From positions 17,174,001 to 17,238,000 of the forward strand of contig CM022665.1 in NCBI GenBank assembly GCA_012295275.1: a stretch of DNA of 64,000 bases. Reading direction: 5' to 3'. Below are positions 28,165 through 43,047 of this stretch, one piece after another. Origin of the DNA: Chrysomallon squamiferum. Lineage: Eukaryota > Animalia > Mollusca. Positions within the stretch are counted from its first letter, which is position 1, and every line of letters begins with the position of its first letter. The notes under the pieces were generated by a model. That model saw only the letters and a program-made list of their open reading frames with translations, was not told where the DNA came from and made no database searches. A program made the translations under genes and the position numbers.

Positions 28165-28545
28165 TACACAAATATACAGACACAGAAAAAGCACATATGT
28201 AACTATGTAGGTATGCACATGTTATTACAATTTCCAAATGTTATTATCTTTCTTTGTTATTGTCATCAAAGGTTGATGTTGAGAAAACCATGTTAAACAA
28301 TGGCTCGACTTTATTTATACCAATCACGATAGGTACACTGTACGTGAAACAACTAAAACAACGATGCCTGACTGAAGCATAACTTGTGTTCAACAGAAAA
28401 CATTCTACTAAATTAGGGTAACAATAAAACCCTTTGGAAAAACCTATAAATGAGCTTCAAATGTAATGTTTTTGTTTATTTCAAAAGTATGTATTATTTT
28501 AATGATCGTGACAGGTTTTTTTATTTTGTTTTATTTTATTTCAAT

Positions 28546-28594
<49 letters not shown>

Positions 28595-28764
28595 TTATTA
28601 CTTTTGTTATCGATTTTTTTTTTTTTTTTTTTTTTTTTTTACGTTTATTTATTTATTTATTTATCGTTGTTTTCATTAATTTGGTTTTGTGTGTCATTTT
28701 GATTCGGGCTTCGTTTGATTGACTTGTTAATTTGAGGGATTTTTATATCTGCTTCTATTATTTC

Positions 28765-28805
<41 letters not shown>

Positions 28806-28844
28806 TATTATTATTATTTTTTTTTTTTGGTTTGGGGATATTGG

Positions 28845-28895
28845 AAAGGAAAACAATTTAACGTGCTAATCAGAGCGAGCTGTTGTGAAGCACGC
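28845..28895 (-). mobile_element. 3' terminal stem-loop fragment of a retroposon
   Basis: Reverse complement GCGTGCTTCACAACAGCTCGCTCTGATTAGCACGTTAAA matches 45305-45342 and 45812-45850. Confidence 0.7.
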
Positions 28896-28992
28896 TTTTG
28901 TTTTGTGGCATTTTTAAACTAGGATCTTTTATGGGTTGTTTGTTTATGTGTTGCTGTTAGAGTTTATTTTTTATTTATTTATTTATTTATTA

Positions 28993-29078
<86 letters not shown>

Positions 29079-30597
29079 CTCTCTCTGTATCTTGCCTCGT
29101 GCTTACTTTCATTTTTATTCTATTCTTATTTTATCCATTTTATCTTTTCAAATCATATCAAATCATGCCTTTCCTGGTTCCTGTTTTAATCAGAATAGGC
29201 ACTGATTTGCGACATTTAACAGTGGATGAGAGGCTGGCATTCACGATCCCGAATATCAGCTTCACCAGTATAAAGGAAGTGTCGACCTCGACGGTTGCGA
29301 AAAAGTTGAATGTACCAATCATTTCTGGCGAACATGTATACATATATCCGAGAAGAAATAGTTAATAATGTACTTACGGTTAAGCACGACCATTACCCTC
29401 TGCGCCTGAGTATAAATATGTATCTGTGCCTATGAATTCAATTTGTGTGATTAATACGTTCTACCGGGGCAGTGTAATAGTAATTCCACGTCTATTTTAT
29501 TGATGGAGGGTCACTATCATCGAAATGCTGTAAATCTTCGTTTCGTTTCGACAGGAACTTCTTTATCTTCTCATTCGAACATTCCACCATATCGGTGCTC
29601 TTTATGGAAAATGCTTGTTTGTGAACTGGTGTGGGCTATAAAGCAGACGTGACTAAGAAATAATATTAATTAAAAGAGAGGTCGAGATTTAACTTACTGC
29701 AAAATCAGATCATCCGTGTTACCTATCGATATGAAGAATTTATTCTGACCTATCAGATCTTTTATATCTTTTATAATCGAGCTGCTAATTAAAAGTTATT
29801 TTTTTTTTTTTTTTTCCTTTTTATTTGCATTTATGTGAGTTCTGAAATGTTAAATTGATTGGTACGTCGTTTTGTCCTGATTTGAAAAGACAACGTGTCT
29901 TCTTGAAAATGCCAGAAAATATATTTAAAAAAAAAAAAAAAAAAAAAAAAATCCTATTTTTATTTATTTATTTACTTACTTACTTACTTGTTTTATTTTA
30001 TGTTATTTTACTTTTTATTGCATCATTTATTTATTTTAGTTAAAAAATAAACCACAATGCAGAACTGACTTTATTAGAAAAACAAGATTAGAAAATTTCA
30101 TGTGATACTCTGGAATAATCGTAATGTAAAATTTATTTATTTGTTCTGTCTCTAATGTCTAATAAACTGTCATCACTGCACATACAAAATGATGGATTCA
30201 GTCTTAAAGTAAGAATAAATAATCTATTTCCTCATTGTAAAATATTAACGTAGTGGTTAGTGTTAACCTCAAGCCCAGAGATTGCAGAATTGCGCTCATT
30301 TTGTTATTTCCCGTTCCACCCTCTGCCAGTAACTGGTTATCACAAGCCAAGAGAAAAAAAAAAAAAAAATAAATAAATAAAAATTAAGAATAAAAAGAAT
30401 TTCAAACTGATCATCAATATATTTTTCCAGATCTAGCAAGTATATAAAATAACAGATTTTTTAATAAAATATATTTTTTTTAAATGTTTTTTTTATTATT
30501 TTATTTATTTTTTTTTTTTTTTTTATTTTTTAATTTTTTCCAAGATATTAAAGTGTAACGCATGATGATGTTAACCGATGAAATATTAGAACATCTG

Positions 30598-30709
30598 GTA
30601 AGTGATGCCTTCATTATTGACAAATTACATTTTCAGATATCATTAATAGAATTTTATAATAAATTTCTTAACGAGCAAACTAACAGTAAATGTGTTCTTT
30701 CTGTTTCAG
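30598..30709 (+). other. Candidate 112-nt spliceosomal intron
   Basis: CTG|GTAAGT donor, ACTAAC branch point ~25 nt before the end, and TGTGTTCTTTCTGTTTCAG| acceptor. Confidence 0.45.
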
Positions 30710-30849
30710 ACCCGTTCGCCAATATTAAACCGATTGCCAGACGACTTTATCAGCCAAGTTACAGTTCCGTACTGAACGCTGTTTTCCAAGGATGGAGGAC
30801 GATGCAATCAACTCAGAAATTACGTCTTAAAATGTTATGACGTCATATA

Positions 30850-30985
30850 CGTATGTGTGTATGTATGTAAGTACATATGTATGTTCGCATGCAAGCATGA
30901 TTTTATATATGTATCTAGGATTGAATATTCTCTGACTTATGTAAGTCTGATTAGATTCTACATATACACAATATTCGTGAACCAA
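30850..30985 (-). mobile_element. 5'-truncated copy of the (TACA)n-tailed SINE
   Basis: Minus strand AATATTGTGTATATGTAGAATCTAATCAGACTTACATAAGTCAGAGAATATTCAATCCTAGATACAT aligns with 3640-3712; the (ATGT)n tail lies on its left. Confidence 0.7.
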
Positions 30986-31719
30986 GACAGTAGTATTCGT
31001 GAATGTTTGTGTATGTATGATGTATGACTGAAGTACGTACGTATGTATAAATGTACGATTGGATGTATTTAAGTATGTATGTATGTGTGTATTTAAGTAT
31101 GTATGTATAAATGAATTTCTGTGTATGCGTGAATATTTGAGTATGTATGTACGTTTGTCTGTTCGTTTATCTAAACGTACTGAGTTTATTAGAATTGTGT
31201 ATGTACATATGACTAAACACTATACAAATAATTAGAGAGTAATCCCGCTGAAGCGACACAACGACCTACATTTTACTAATAACATACAGCTTTGCCACAA
31301 TTAATAGACGTGACACAGTCGTAACAAATTCAGACAAAAGGTGTTAATGCTAAAAGCTTGATGTCACTGCAGAAGTATAAATAACCTGCTCCACACCAAA
31401 AGACAGAGGAAAGTAACGGAACTGTCAACTAGGCTGTGTATGAAGAATTACTTCTGAAGCTAACTGAATAAAATAATCGTAAATGAGAACCGAATGTAGA
31501 AACGTAATCAATCAAAAAGCTTAATAACCAAACGTGCATATATATACTTTAGAAAGTTATTAATTGTACTAGAATAACGCAGCCAAACCGATAAATGTTT
31601 GCGTTTATGTATACGTACTATTGTCAATGTACTGAATGCATAAGTGCACTATTACGAAAACACATGCGTACAAATATTATACAAACATTCATCTATACAC
31701 ACATAAACAGATAAAAAGG

Positions 31720-31970
31720 TTGCCTCGACTGCCAAGTGTTACCGTGGTAAGGGTGCCATATGTTCAAGTCTCGTCAGCGGCATCTGACGGGGTTTGTGAG
31801 GTTGTGATTGGACTTCGTATTCCTGTGCCAGTGCCTTCCTACATATTGTCTGTGTGCAGAGTCTAATCAGATGTACATAAGACAACATGATATTCATCAC
31901 TAAATACATACATACATTCACAGATATATACTTACATACGTACGTACGTACATACATACACATACACACA
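31720..31970 (+). mobile_element. SINE-like element with (TACA)n tail, copy 2
   Basis: Homologous to 3531-3810; B-box-like GTTCAAGTC at 31762-31770. Confidence 0.75.
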
Positions 31971-33422
31971 AACCCATCATACATACTCAGGTCAACATGT
32001 GGATGTGTAAGCGCACTTGTTTGTGTATGAGTTTTAGACACCTAAAAATATTGTAAGTAAATACTTATTCATATGCTAATACCTGTTTTTGTTTGTTTCT
32101 TATATTTCAGTTTTCTGCTGAATGTCGAAATTCTCTGACTATGTCAAACACAATCACATCCTACATACAATACACGTTGCATTGTTCTGTTAGAAAACAA
32201 TTTAATTTTGAAAATGGCAAGGCTTTCTCAAGGCGTTCTATTTAAAAATAATGAAATGTCACAGAAAACATAGGAATAAAGGTTTTGATTTATAGATCGT
32301 TGTAAGGTATTATATTACAGAAACAGAGAAAAACCATATAACAACTGAATACAAAAAGAAAAAAATGAAATTACATTAGCTTGTTACGTGTAGACGATAA
32401 TAATAGCAATTAACAACATATACAATAATAATTAAAAAAAACAGTAAAAAAAAAATAGTGATAGTAATAAAAATAGTTTTAATAATCACAATAACAATAA
32501 AATAAGAAAATAATAATAATGATAACAACAGTAATAGTAACGAAAATTATAGCAGTTTGTTTTATTGTTGTTTCTTTTTCTTTCTTTTTAGTATTTTAAT
32601 TATTTCATTTACATTTATTATCTCAATTTTTTTTTTTCCTATTATTATTATTTTTCTTGTTATTGTTGTTGATGTTGTTTTTATTATTATTTCTTTTTAT
32701 AATATATGTATGTATGTATGTATGCGTGTCTGTGTGTATATATATATATATATATATACATATAATTATATGCATTTTTATATTTTCTCTCTTTTTAAAA
32801 TTGTAGCAACACGATTTGTGCTAAATTTGTCATAAAATAAAAAAATAAAAATAAAATAAAAAATAAAAATTACATATATCTAAACTCCTTCACTAAATAA
32901 TTGTGATGTTTAAAAAATATTGATTTAAAACCAACGTCTCCTCTCAACGTTCAGGTAGTCTATCTTCCCCAAGGGACACAAAATCCATTTAACATGGTAG
33001 TTAAAATCCGTTATAAATCAAATTATCAGCGCTCTTCCTTGCACCTTTTCACGAGAATCTCGGGCGCCATTTTGTTGACTCGAAGTACTTCCTGTCTGTT
33101 GCTAATAAATCGCTTTCCGATATCGACTGACAAATGGTTCGACTTTGTCCTTGGCCTGTGAATCTTATTTTGGTCATTTCTTCTGACAAATGTTGATCGA
33201 TAAGTGATGAAATTTGTGTCTTTCTTGATCTGTGGTTGACCTTTGTATCGTTTGCTGAAGACTGAACATATTGAACTGTACTTAGCTGAGAGGGTTCGTC
33301 TGTATGTCGCACCAGCAAACAGGAATATTTAGATCAAATCTCCATGCACATTCAGCTACATGTGCTGCAGACTACTCTTTAATACTGCCAAGTATATTTG
33401 TATCTTTTATTTAACAAAATAC

Positions 33423-33478
<56 letters not shown>

Positions 33479-34510
33479 TGATGATGATGATAGTAATAAC
33501 AATAACATAACAACAGATAACTAAATATATAAATGTACAAAATCATAAATATAATAAAAATAATCTTAATCATAATCATAATCATACAATCAGTCAATTA
33601 AGCAGTAAAGCAGTCATAATTTGTAGCTGTTTTACATACAGTGATAACCTAGTTAGAGATTTGTTTTAGTGATCTGATTTCCGAAAAACAGTACGTGAGC
33701 GGACTTCACCTTAAAGATGTAAAAAGTCACTGTCATTATGATCGTATTTTCTTCTGCTGCTTTTCTTTTACATTAACCCTCGCGAAATGATCCTTGTAAT
33801 ACATTCAAATTCTCGGAACTATCCCTTTAAGACACTAACCTGTATCAACCTTATAATTTTGACGTTTTGTGTAATATTAAAGTGCAGTGTCAGCTCTATA
33901 ATTAATTGCTAACCTGTTTTAAAAAGGATATTTTAATATAACGAATCTCTTAACGAATCTCTTAGCACATAACACTGTTTTGTTTATAAGCCGGTCTGGA
34001 TAGGAGGATAACTGAAAAGGGGAACTGAGAAGGATTGGTCCTGTATCTAATCACGCCTCGACCCATCACTCTAGCCCTGAACTCCACCCCTTCCCATCAG
34101 AAATTAAACGAGGCCAAATAAAGAAATGATCTTTGCTTTATAAATATTTTAACTGTGATCTAAAGCAGACATACAATTTACTCTGCTGTGTCGTACAGTC
34201 AATACAGGCGTGTTTCACAAACTGCTGGTGTTAATTAACACACTAAATCTGCACTAGACAGGCTAAGCATTGTGTGTTTTCCATCAGCCTTCGCATTACC
34301 ATGGACCTGTACGTGAGGCGGGTCCCTGATAAAAGACAATTAAGCCGACTTGAAGCGATTACTGGAGAAATTCTGTCGAGGATAGATAGTAACAAACTTC
34401 GTTACAGTTCGTGTCCGTAGAAGACAAGTTTGAACCATTTAATAGGATGTAATTACATCATATCGTGACTTGTAGTAAAAGTAAATATTTAAATTTGTTG
34501 AACACAATCT

Positions 34511-34601
<91 letters not shown>

Positions 34602-35376
34602 TTTCTCTTATTCATTCATATATATCTATATCTATTTATTTAGTATCTAGCTAGTCGTAAATTCAAACCTATTACTCTATGACAATATATTACATATATT
34701 ACTGACATAACTGTTTTGTTTCTTTTAAGTGCTAGAGCACCTCTGGTATCCTCGGAAGATTTGCAAAGTGCTTCTGAAGCCATTTTAGTAAAAAGAGAAT
34801 TGGTAATACTGATACAAACATCAATAATGGGAGGCATTTTTAACTGTATAAAAACTTTTTTATTTCATACTTTTATATACATCATACATGATTAAATTAT
34901 TCACATCATTGTAATTGGTATATTTACAGAAAATAATAATCTGCATTTAATAAATAGATGAATTTCTGTTAGGCGATAGCTAAATCTAAAAATAACATTA
35001 ATGAATACTAGTGTGAAACGTAGGTTGGTGATTTGTTTTTGCGATTGTTATAACAATAAATCAAGACCCATTTATAATGACTCCGGTTTATTCTTAACTC
35101 TAGAACCCGTGTCCCAATTTTCAGGTACAGCCTAGAATTAAATATGTCATCCGCCCTTGTTTTCCGGTAAGGTTTACCTTATCCAAGCCCATGTTATTCA
35201 TAAGGTCCAGTATATAACGAGTGAGTAATTTTTGTGAGAAAACTGCAAAGTAAAAGAGACAACACGTATTGTTACTAGAAGGATATTCACAATTTGATTA
35301 TTATACATAGTGTTTTACTTGGTATGCTTGTAAATTGGTTTATGACGTTAAAAAAAATATTCCACACATATCCATT

Positions 35377-35467
35377 AAGTAGTATTAGAAGCAGAATGGT
35401 AGAAACAGAAGTAGTAGTAGTTGTTGTAATAGCAGTAGTAGCAGCAGTAAAAGTCGTAGTAGTTAGC

Positions 35468-35500
<33 letters not shown>

Positions 35501-35835
35501 TAGTAGTAGTAGCAGTAGTAGTAGTAGTAGTAGTTGTAGTACTAATAATGGTAACAATAGTAATCGTAATTGTATCAGTAGTAGTAGCAGAGGTAGTAAT
35601 ACTAGGAGTAGTTGTTGTTGTTGTAGCAACTGCAGTAATCACTGTACTATCAGTAGCAATAGTTGTAGTAGAAGTAACAGTAGTAATTTTTGTAGTATTA
35701 GTTCTAGTAGTAGTGGCTGTACCAGTTATAGAAGTAATAGTGGTAGTCGTTGTAGTAATAATTGTTGTTGTTTTTTGTTGTTGCAGTATAGTAGTATTAG
35801 TAGAAGTTACTGTTGTTACTGTAGTTATCATTAGT
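35377..35835. repeat. Degenerate (AGT)n/(GTT)n trinucleotide tract
   Basis: Directly visible; source of the poly-Thr/poly-Val ORFs. Confidence 0.93.
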
Positions 35836-36703
35836 ATCTCTAGCAAAACAAAACCTATTGTCGTGGGTGTCAGTATATTAATGATATTTATCATATACGT
35901 GTAGAGTTTAACAAACAATGATTGATTTAAATTAGTGTCTCACAACAAACATAATTACGTACAAAACAAGGGGATTAGCGGATCTACAGGTACACTCGAC
36001 CATCCGCCACCCTGAACCCCCCCCACCCTCGACTATCCCCCACTATCACCCACTCTGTTTGCTACAGATATTTTTCTCTGTAATATTGTAATAAAACCGA
36101 GTTTCATGTGTTCCTCACAGTGTTTGTTCTCTCTTTTACAAAATATCGCCCTTAAATTCTCACGCAAACAAACACGTGACCCGCTTAATGAAGTAAATGT
36201 ACGTATCTAATTCTTGTTTATTTTACTGACAATATCGCTAACGATTATTTTATTGTTATGACCAGAGAAATATAAACAACAAGTTTATTTAGAAATAACA
36301 GCTAAAATGCATGGTTAAGTTAACGATAATGTTTCAAAAGTAAAGTATTTTCGTGAAAGGATTTATTAGAGAATATACACGGTTTCTAATCCGATTTTTG
36401 GCCGTTAAGCCGATAGCCGCAAATTTAATTAACAGAACCAGGTAAACAGAATACTGCTCAAAGGTAGAGCGGGTCTGTTGTGTTTGCTTTTATCAAAGAC
36501 TTGATATAATTACTGAATTAGTGACAGTGTGCATGCTGTACTGACACGAAGCCGTACGTAAACGAAATCGACGTGGAGAAAAAATCATATGATGATGATG
36601 ATGATACGCAGCTACAGGCACTGATAGCACGTTATTATTAAACTGACAGGTTCTGGTAAGAGTTGTTCTGGTGGTGGTTGTGGTTGCGATGGTGTTTGTT
36701 TTC

Positions 36704-36734
<31 letters not shown>

Positions 36735-36774
36735 TTTATTTATTTATTTTATTTTATTTTATTTTATTTTATTT

Positions 36775-36819
<45 letters not shown>

Positions 36820-37359
36820 TATGATTTTTTTTTGTTTGTTTTGTTTTTTTTTTTTTTTTTTTTTTTTTGGTTTTTATTTTTTTTAAATCGATTTATGAAT
36901 CTGATAGAAACTGGGACCGACTCCTGACATTGTTTATAAAATGAGGAAATACGGTTAAGACGTGGATTATTGACATGACAGGCACATGGATCGCGTAACT
37001 CTGCTGACTCTTAGCTAGAATTTGTTTTGGGGACGTATAAGGCCATCACCCCATCTATTCTCTCTACCATAAATGAACTGCGCGTCCTGATGCGGGATAA
37101 GCTCGCGGACAAAGCGTATCACCAGCATAACATCTCTTACCACTAATCAACTCTAACATAAACTCTGTGGCAATAAATCTGGTAGCTACACAACCACGTA
37201 TTGGCTCATAACCAGAACGAAGAAGGAAAATGTAAAGACATCGCTTTTAATTAATCATTCTCCACACAAGAGTAGCTCTGTGGTAGACCAGAGAAGCGGA
37301 AAGTTTCAGAATCTTGTAAAGTTCATCTTTTGTTGTCTATTGGAAGATGCGTAAGATTA

Positions 37360-37630
37360 CTATAATAATAAAAATAATACAAATAAGAAGAAGAAGAAAA
37401 ACAACAGCAGTAATAATAATAATAATAATAATAACAACAACAACAACAACATCAGTAATAATAATAATAATAACAACAATAACAACAACAGTAATAATAT
37501 CAATATCAGTAACAACAATAGCAATAATAATAATAACAGCAACAAAATTAACAACAACAAATTAATGATTATGATGATGAAGATGACGACCATAGCAACA
37601 AAAACAAAAATAATTATGAGATAATAACAG
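37360..37630. repeat. Degenerate (AAT)n/(AAC)n tract
   Basis: Directly visible. Confidence 0.9.
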
Positions 37631-39052
37631 TGATAATTACATTTTTCTTTACATGATGATGATACGTTCACAGCATTTCTACTTAAAGAACGGAAAATAT
37701 TTTCCAAGTATTTCATAGATCTAAAATTTTCAGTTATTTGAGATTAACTCGGAAAAAAATCTGATTCAAGTAGCTAATTTGCACATACTAACACTACAGC
37801 ACTAAATCGTTAACTCCCGAATAGAACCTTGATGTCATCTGAGTGAAGAAACTCGTATTCGTCATCATGGTGCCGGCCAGTCTTACCTAGAACAAGTAAT
37901 GTGATCCTGTAAGAAACTTTCCAAGGACAGGAAAGGCGTTCTTTAGTCTTTAAAGTAAAATGCACAGAATGAGGAGTGGATCGGGAAATACCCCAATGGG
38001 TTTCTTATGTCCCAATCAGCACTCTATTTTTTTACTTACATTACAAAAACAGGCGATTCAAATCAATATATTACTTCATCTAGCTCACACTCAGTATATC
38101 ATTTACATTAACAGACTCTCTTTACAAAGAATGGTGGTAAAAAAAGAACGAAATAAAGAAAAGAACGAAAGAAAGAAAAGAAAGAAAGAAAGAAAGAAAA
38201 AAAGAAAAAGCAATCATAACAGTCTGCCTATTTAGTCCCTAGATTTAAAAAAAAAAAAAAAAAAAAAAAGCATTCTGGCACCGTGAAACTAGGTCACACG
38301 GAATTCACGTTATTTGAAATGTCTCCACTAACTGGCTGTGAGACAAATGTTAATAGGAAGAATATGCGTCTGTAAAATCTTATTGACATTTGTGTCAGTC
38401 GAGTAGAATCAACTTTTCTTTGTTATTAAAACTGTCACTGCAGCTATTTTTTATATTCTGGAATATTCAGCTTTTATGACGTAAAAAAAAGAAAAAAAAA
38501 AAAAAAAAGGTAATTCTTGTCACAATGCAGAGGAGCTAATGGAAATATTGGTAATATGTACTTTATATTCGAATTTCATACTTACATAAATACATACAGA
38601 GAGAAATATTTATACTTAAATTATTATATGTGTATACAGATTTATAGAATATATATGTGTATACAGATTTATAGAATATATATGTGTGTACGTATATACA
38701 GAAGATGTATGTGTGTAATTTATTTCCAGTTCATGACCAGTACTCCTCAGCTGATTTTACCAGACAGTGTGTTTTTCGTCCCGTACACAGATGAATTTAA
38801 AAATCACATTATTACTAATCAATAAAACTAATCATCAGAATGGCGTCAGCTGGTTTCCTCTCAGTTTGTCATTTTATAAAAATTGGCCTAGTATGTCGTC
38901 TAACAAGCACTGACATTAGAATTCGTTCAGGTATCGTAAGCAAATAACCATTTATTTGTTTATTTAAAGAAAGATAATGTATAGTTGAGTGTTGTGGACG
39001 AGACCCGGAAGGGATGGAAAAAATTGGTGCGAAAAAAGAGAAGTTTTTATTT

Positions 39053-39106
<54 letters not shown>

Positions 39107-40453
39107 TAATTAAATTATTATCACTGAAAAAAGACATCCGCATATATTTTCAGTACGTTATCGTGTTTCCGAGAAAACCAGGATTTGTATTTATTTATTT
39201 GTATTTGTTTTTATTATTATTATTAATTATTGTTGTTGTTGTAGTTGTTGATAAACAGTTATTCATACGATTCTGCTAGGTTTATAGCTGTTAACATTAT
39301 TGACAATTCAACAAATCGGATGACTGCGCTTCGATATTTGATCTTGCAGTCATTTCTGTTCTGTTATGGATCTCAAGGTCGCGCGAAAGAACTAATAAGC
39401 TAAACGTCACTGGACTGAAAAACAAGAATAGTGCTACGACAAATAAACATTTGTTTCAATATAAAGCTACTTTCAGTATCTGTTTCCATTTGCTGCTGTC
39501 TGTGTATTGTCTCTCTCATTATACTAATATGTCTGTGTTCGAATTTATCTCTTTTTTTTTGTCCACGATTTTGAACGTGAAAAAATAAACCATCCAAAAA
39601 CCCCGTGATATTGTTTCTGTAAAATTATCTTCATTTTTCACTGTAAATTGAACGCATCTTTTGGGTGTATGTTTTGGGTTTCGTCTTACAGTTATAATTT
39701 AATATCCAATCTAAGATTTTATTATTCATCATGGAAATAAATAAATTCGTGACAATTATAGTTCCATGCCTAGATTTGATTTCAATTTTCATAAACTGGG
39801 TTTTCTTAATAATTCGAAAAAACGTATTGGAAAAAACGTCTTAAAAATACGTTTTGTAAAAGATATTTCAGCATGTTTTGGAATAACTTTTCTGCCTATT
39901 TCGGTCTGGCTGGAAATAATCCTGAAATGCTTTAAAAAAGTTGAAGCTAAACTAAATAAATGTGTTAAATCACAATGAAATCAGTGTCTGTGGTTTCAGT
40001 GCGCGAAAATAAAGTTTAACGCAGACGCCTCTTTTTCGTAATCAACCTGTTATCGAAAAAACTAAATTGATTTTGTTGTCTCTTTTTTTGTTTGTTTTTT
40101 TACCTTTTCGAGACTAGGCTTCGTCTCTCGCAATTATAAGGTGGGTTGGGCAAGGGTTAGTTTGTAGCAGACTTTAATTAATCTTTTTTTTCTTACTTTT
40201 TTTTTTTTAATGGGTTATTGGTACGAAGCACTGGTACATTCGATCGATGCTACACAGAGGGTTTAACTGATGTGTTTTAAGTGTTTCGTCTAGAGGAAAA
40301 TATGTTTCTTTTCTAAACAGAGTGATTTAATCAGATAAATTCTGCTTCATTTGATTTAACATTTTATATATTGCTGTATAAATCTAAACTGACAGACACA
40401 CATATATTTCTCTCATTCTTTCTCTCTATCTGTCTTTGTTTCTGTGTCTGTCA

Positions 40454-40517
<64 letters not shown>

Positions 40518-40782
40518 CTCTCTCTCTCTCCGAAAACAATAATAAAAAAGTAAGCGTCTCTGAAAACGTCTATTTATCTATCTCTGCATTTCTCTCTTAT
40601 ATAGATAGATAAATGCATATATACATACAAACATACATTCATACATACATGCATGCATACATACATACATACACACATACACACATACATGCATGCATGC
40701 ATACATACATATATATATAGAGAGAAATATATACTTAAATTATTATCTGTGTGTACGTATTTATAGAATAAACAAAAACAAT

Positions 40783-40820
<38 letters not shown>

Positions 40821-41130
40821 AAACACATATAATGTATGTATGTGAATATACATTTACATATATAAATATATGTATGAAAGTCATTATATGGCTTTAACAT
40901 ACACAAAATACACATATTTATACATACATACATCTCTCATTAACCTTCATACACCTTATCCGTGTACGTAAATCAGCCCAAAGGACATTCAGACTGTCAG
41001 CACAAAACAGTATGACCGTCTCATTGTGTGTTCTATGATCATAAATGTTTCAAAAATACATTACTGACACACGAGTACTTTGTTTCTTCTATCATGTAAA
41101 GAAAATGAGAGGTTTTTTTTATTGTTATTG

Positions 41131-41202
<72 letters not shown>

Positions 41203-41949
41203 TCTTTTTTTATTATTATTATAAAGACATCTCCATAACATTAATTTAGTGAGACATTTTTGAAATTATAATTTTTATCGTTGTCGTTGTTTTCGCTGTC
41301 GCTGTTGTTTGTTCTTAGCTGATGATTTATAAAGAATTATATTTATTTATTTATTTATTTATTACATAAAACTTTCTGACTGGATTGTTTACAAGATAAT
41401 ACGAAAATGTTTATTAGATTTCAAGAAGGTGGTAATGTTTGTGCTATATCTCCAAAGTGTTATCGAATAATAAAAAAAATTTAATAATTTTCCTGTAATT
41501 TGTATTAAATTTCAAAGTTTTGCATTATTATAGATCTGTAATAAACTAAGGTTAAGGAGTTGTTTTACGACAAACTGGCAGCATTATAAGTATTTGGGTC
41601 CGCGTTACGCATAAATATCCTGGACAAAAATAACTTTATTGACAATTAAAGTAATTACAGCCAGGAGCATATGAAGGAAATATCCGAGAACAGCCAGAAT
41701 CAGTTATTTTGTTACAATTACTCATTAAAGAGAGATTTTAGCAATAACCGAATCGCTAATCAGGAAATCAAAGCTTATTAAAACTGCTTCAAGCGATGTA
41801 TCTTTAATCGTGTAGCCAGACAGGAGAATTTTTGACAAGTAGTTAGAACTAGCTATTGTAAGGACATCAGTGCATTTAGGACAATCACTTTAATTTGTCG
41901 CATTTTTAGGCTAAGTATATTAGAGAAAATGATTTAACTTTGTTTTATA

Positions 41950-42240
41950 CTGGTCTGTTGGTTTTGGCAATATAAAACTAGTTAAGCATGTTTTGGCAAT
42001 ATAAAATTAGTTAAGCATGCTTTAGTTATATTTTCGGGTCACTGTGTACAAGAGAAAATTATTTGATTTCTTTTTGCACTGTTGAAGTTTTAATAATCTT
42101 GAACTTGTTAAGCATACAGATCTTGGGCTTATTTTTGACAAGAGCGTATGTGAGAAAATTGTTTAATTATTTCTGCATTTGTCTGTTCAAGTTTTAACAA
42201 TCTGTAACTAGTTGAGCACGCATTTACTTGGCATTGTTTC
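41950..42240. repeat. Degenerate tandem repeat (~100-bp unit with an internal 30-bp duplication)
   Basis: Recurrent AACT(A/T)GTTAAGCA, GAGAAAAT..TTT.ATT and CTGTT.AAGTTTT. Confidence 0.6.
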
Positions 42241-42991
42241 AACCACAGTGTTCAGTAAAAGAAACTAAGATGAGGTAAAAAATGAGTACACAAGAAACAA
42301 AGGAAAATGGCAAATTCCGTGAATCTAAGTAATGACTTGACTCATTATACAAATCAATAACTGGAAGTATGGAGCTGAAGACACTCTGATTTTAATGATG
42401 TTCACTTCAAACAGACATGATCGTTTTAACAAACATAAACTGAAAAACAAAATTCAGTATTATATTTAGTATGTTTTATTTTACGATAAACATTAAAATG
42501 GCTTCCAAAATAGTTTTACAAGCTACCATTGAGACATATGTAGGTTACAAGGCGAATTTACAGACTTAATCAAATCGATCATTTTGTTGACCTTAATGTA
42601 ATAATCAGCCACTCTTAGCCCAACAAGTCAAATAAACTGTACAGAGTGGTTTAACAACTGTTAAGAAATATGTGCGTGTTTTTGCCGAAGCTGTGAATAT
42701 TTATTATGTCTGTACATCGTTGTGTCTGACATAAAATATAATTGTGTTTCAGTATTAAGCAACCGGTGGCGCCACACTTCGTTTATTGCAGTTTACCATT
42801 CCGATTTGGTATACAGCTAAATGTCTATGTAATATTAACTTAAAACACATCCATATCATCTTCATATTAAGTCTGTATTTACACTGGTTTATAGTTGGAT
42901 CATACTCAAGAAGCATTATAAACGTTTGTACTTTGTGTGTATGTCTGTGTCTGTGTGTGTACATGAGAGTGTGTGTTTCTGTATGCATGCA

Positions 42992-43047
<56 letters not shown>

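Noticed and set aside
29099-29365. 88-aa ORF with a plausible-looking C-terminal half
   Set aside because: The N-terminal part is low-complexity, there is no convincing start or donor, and no family is recognised.
35294-35918. Thr-rich 151-aa mucin-like ORF and the opposite poly-Val ORF
   Set aside because: Translation of a degenerate (AGT)n microsatellite; open frames on both strands are an artefact.
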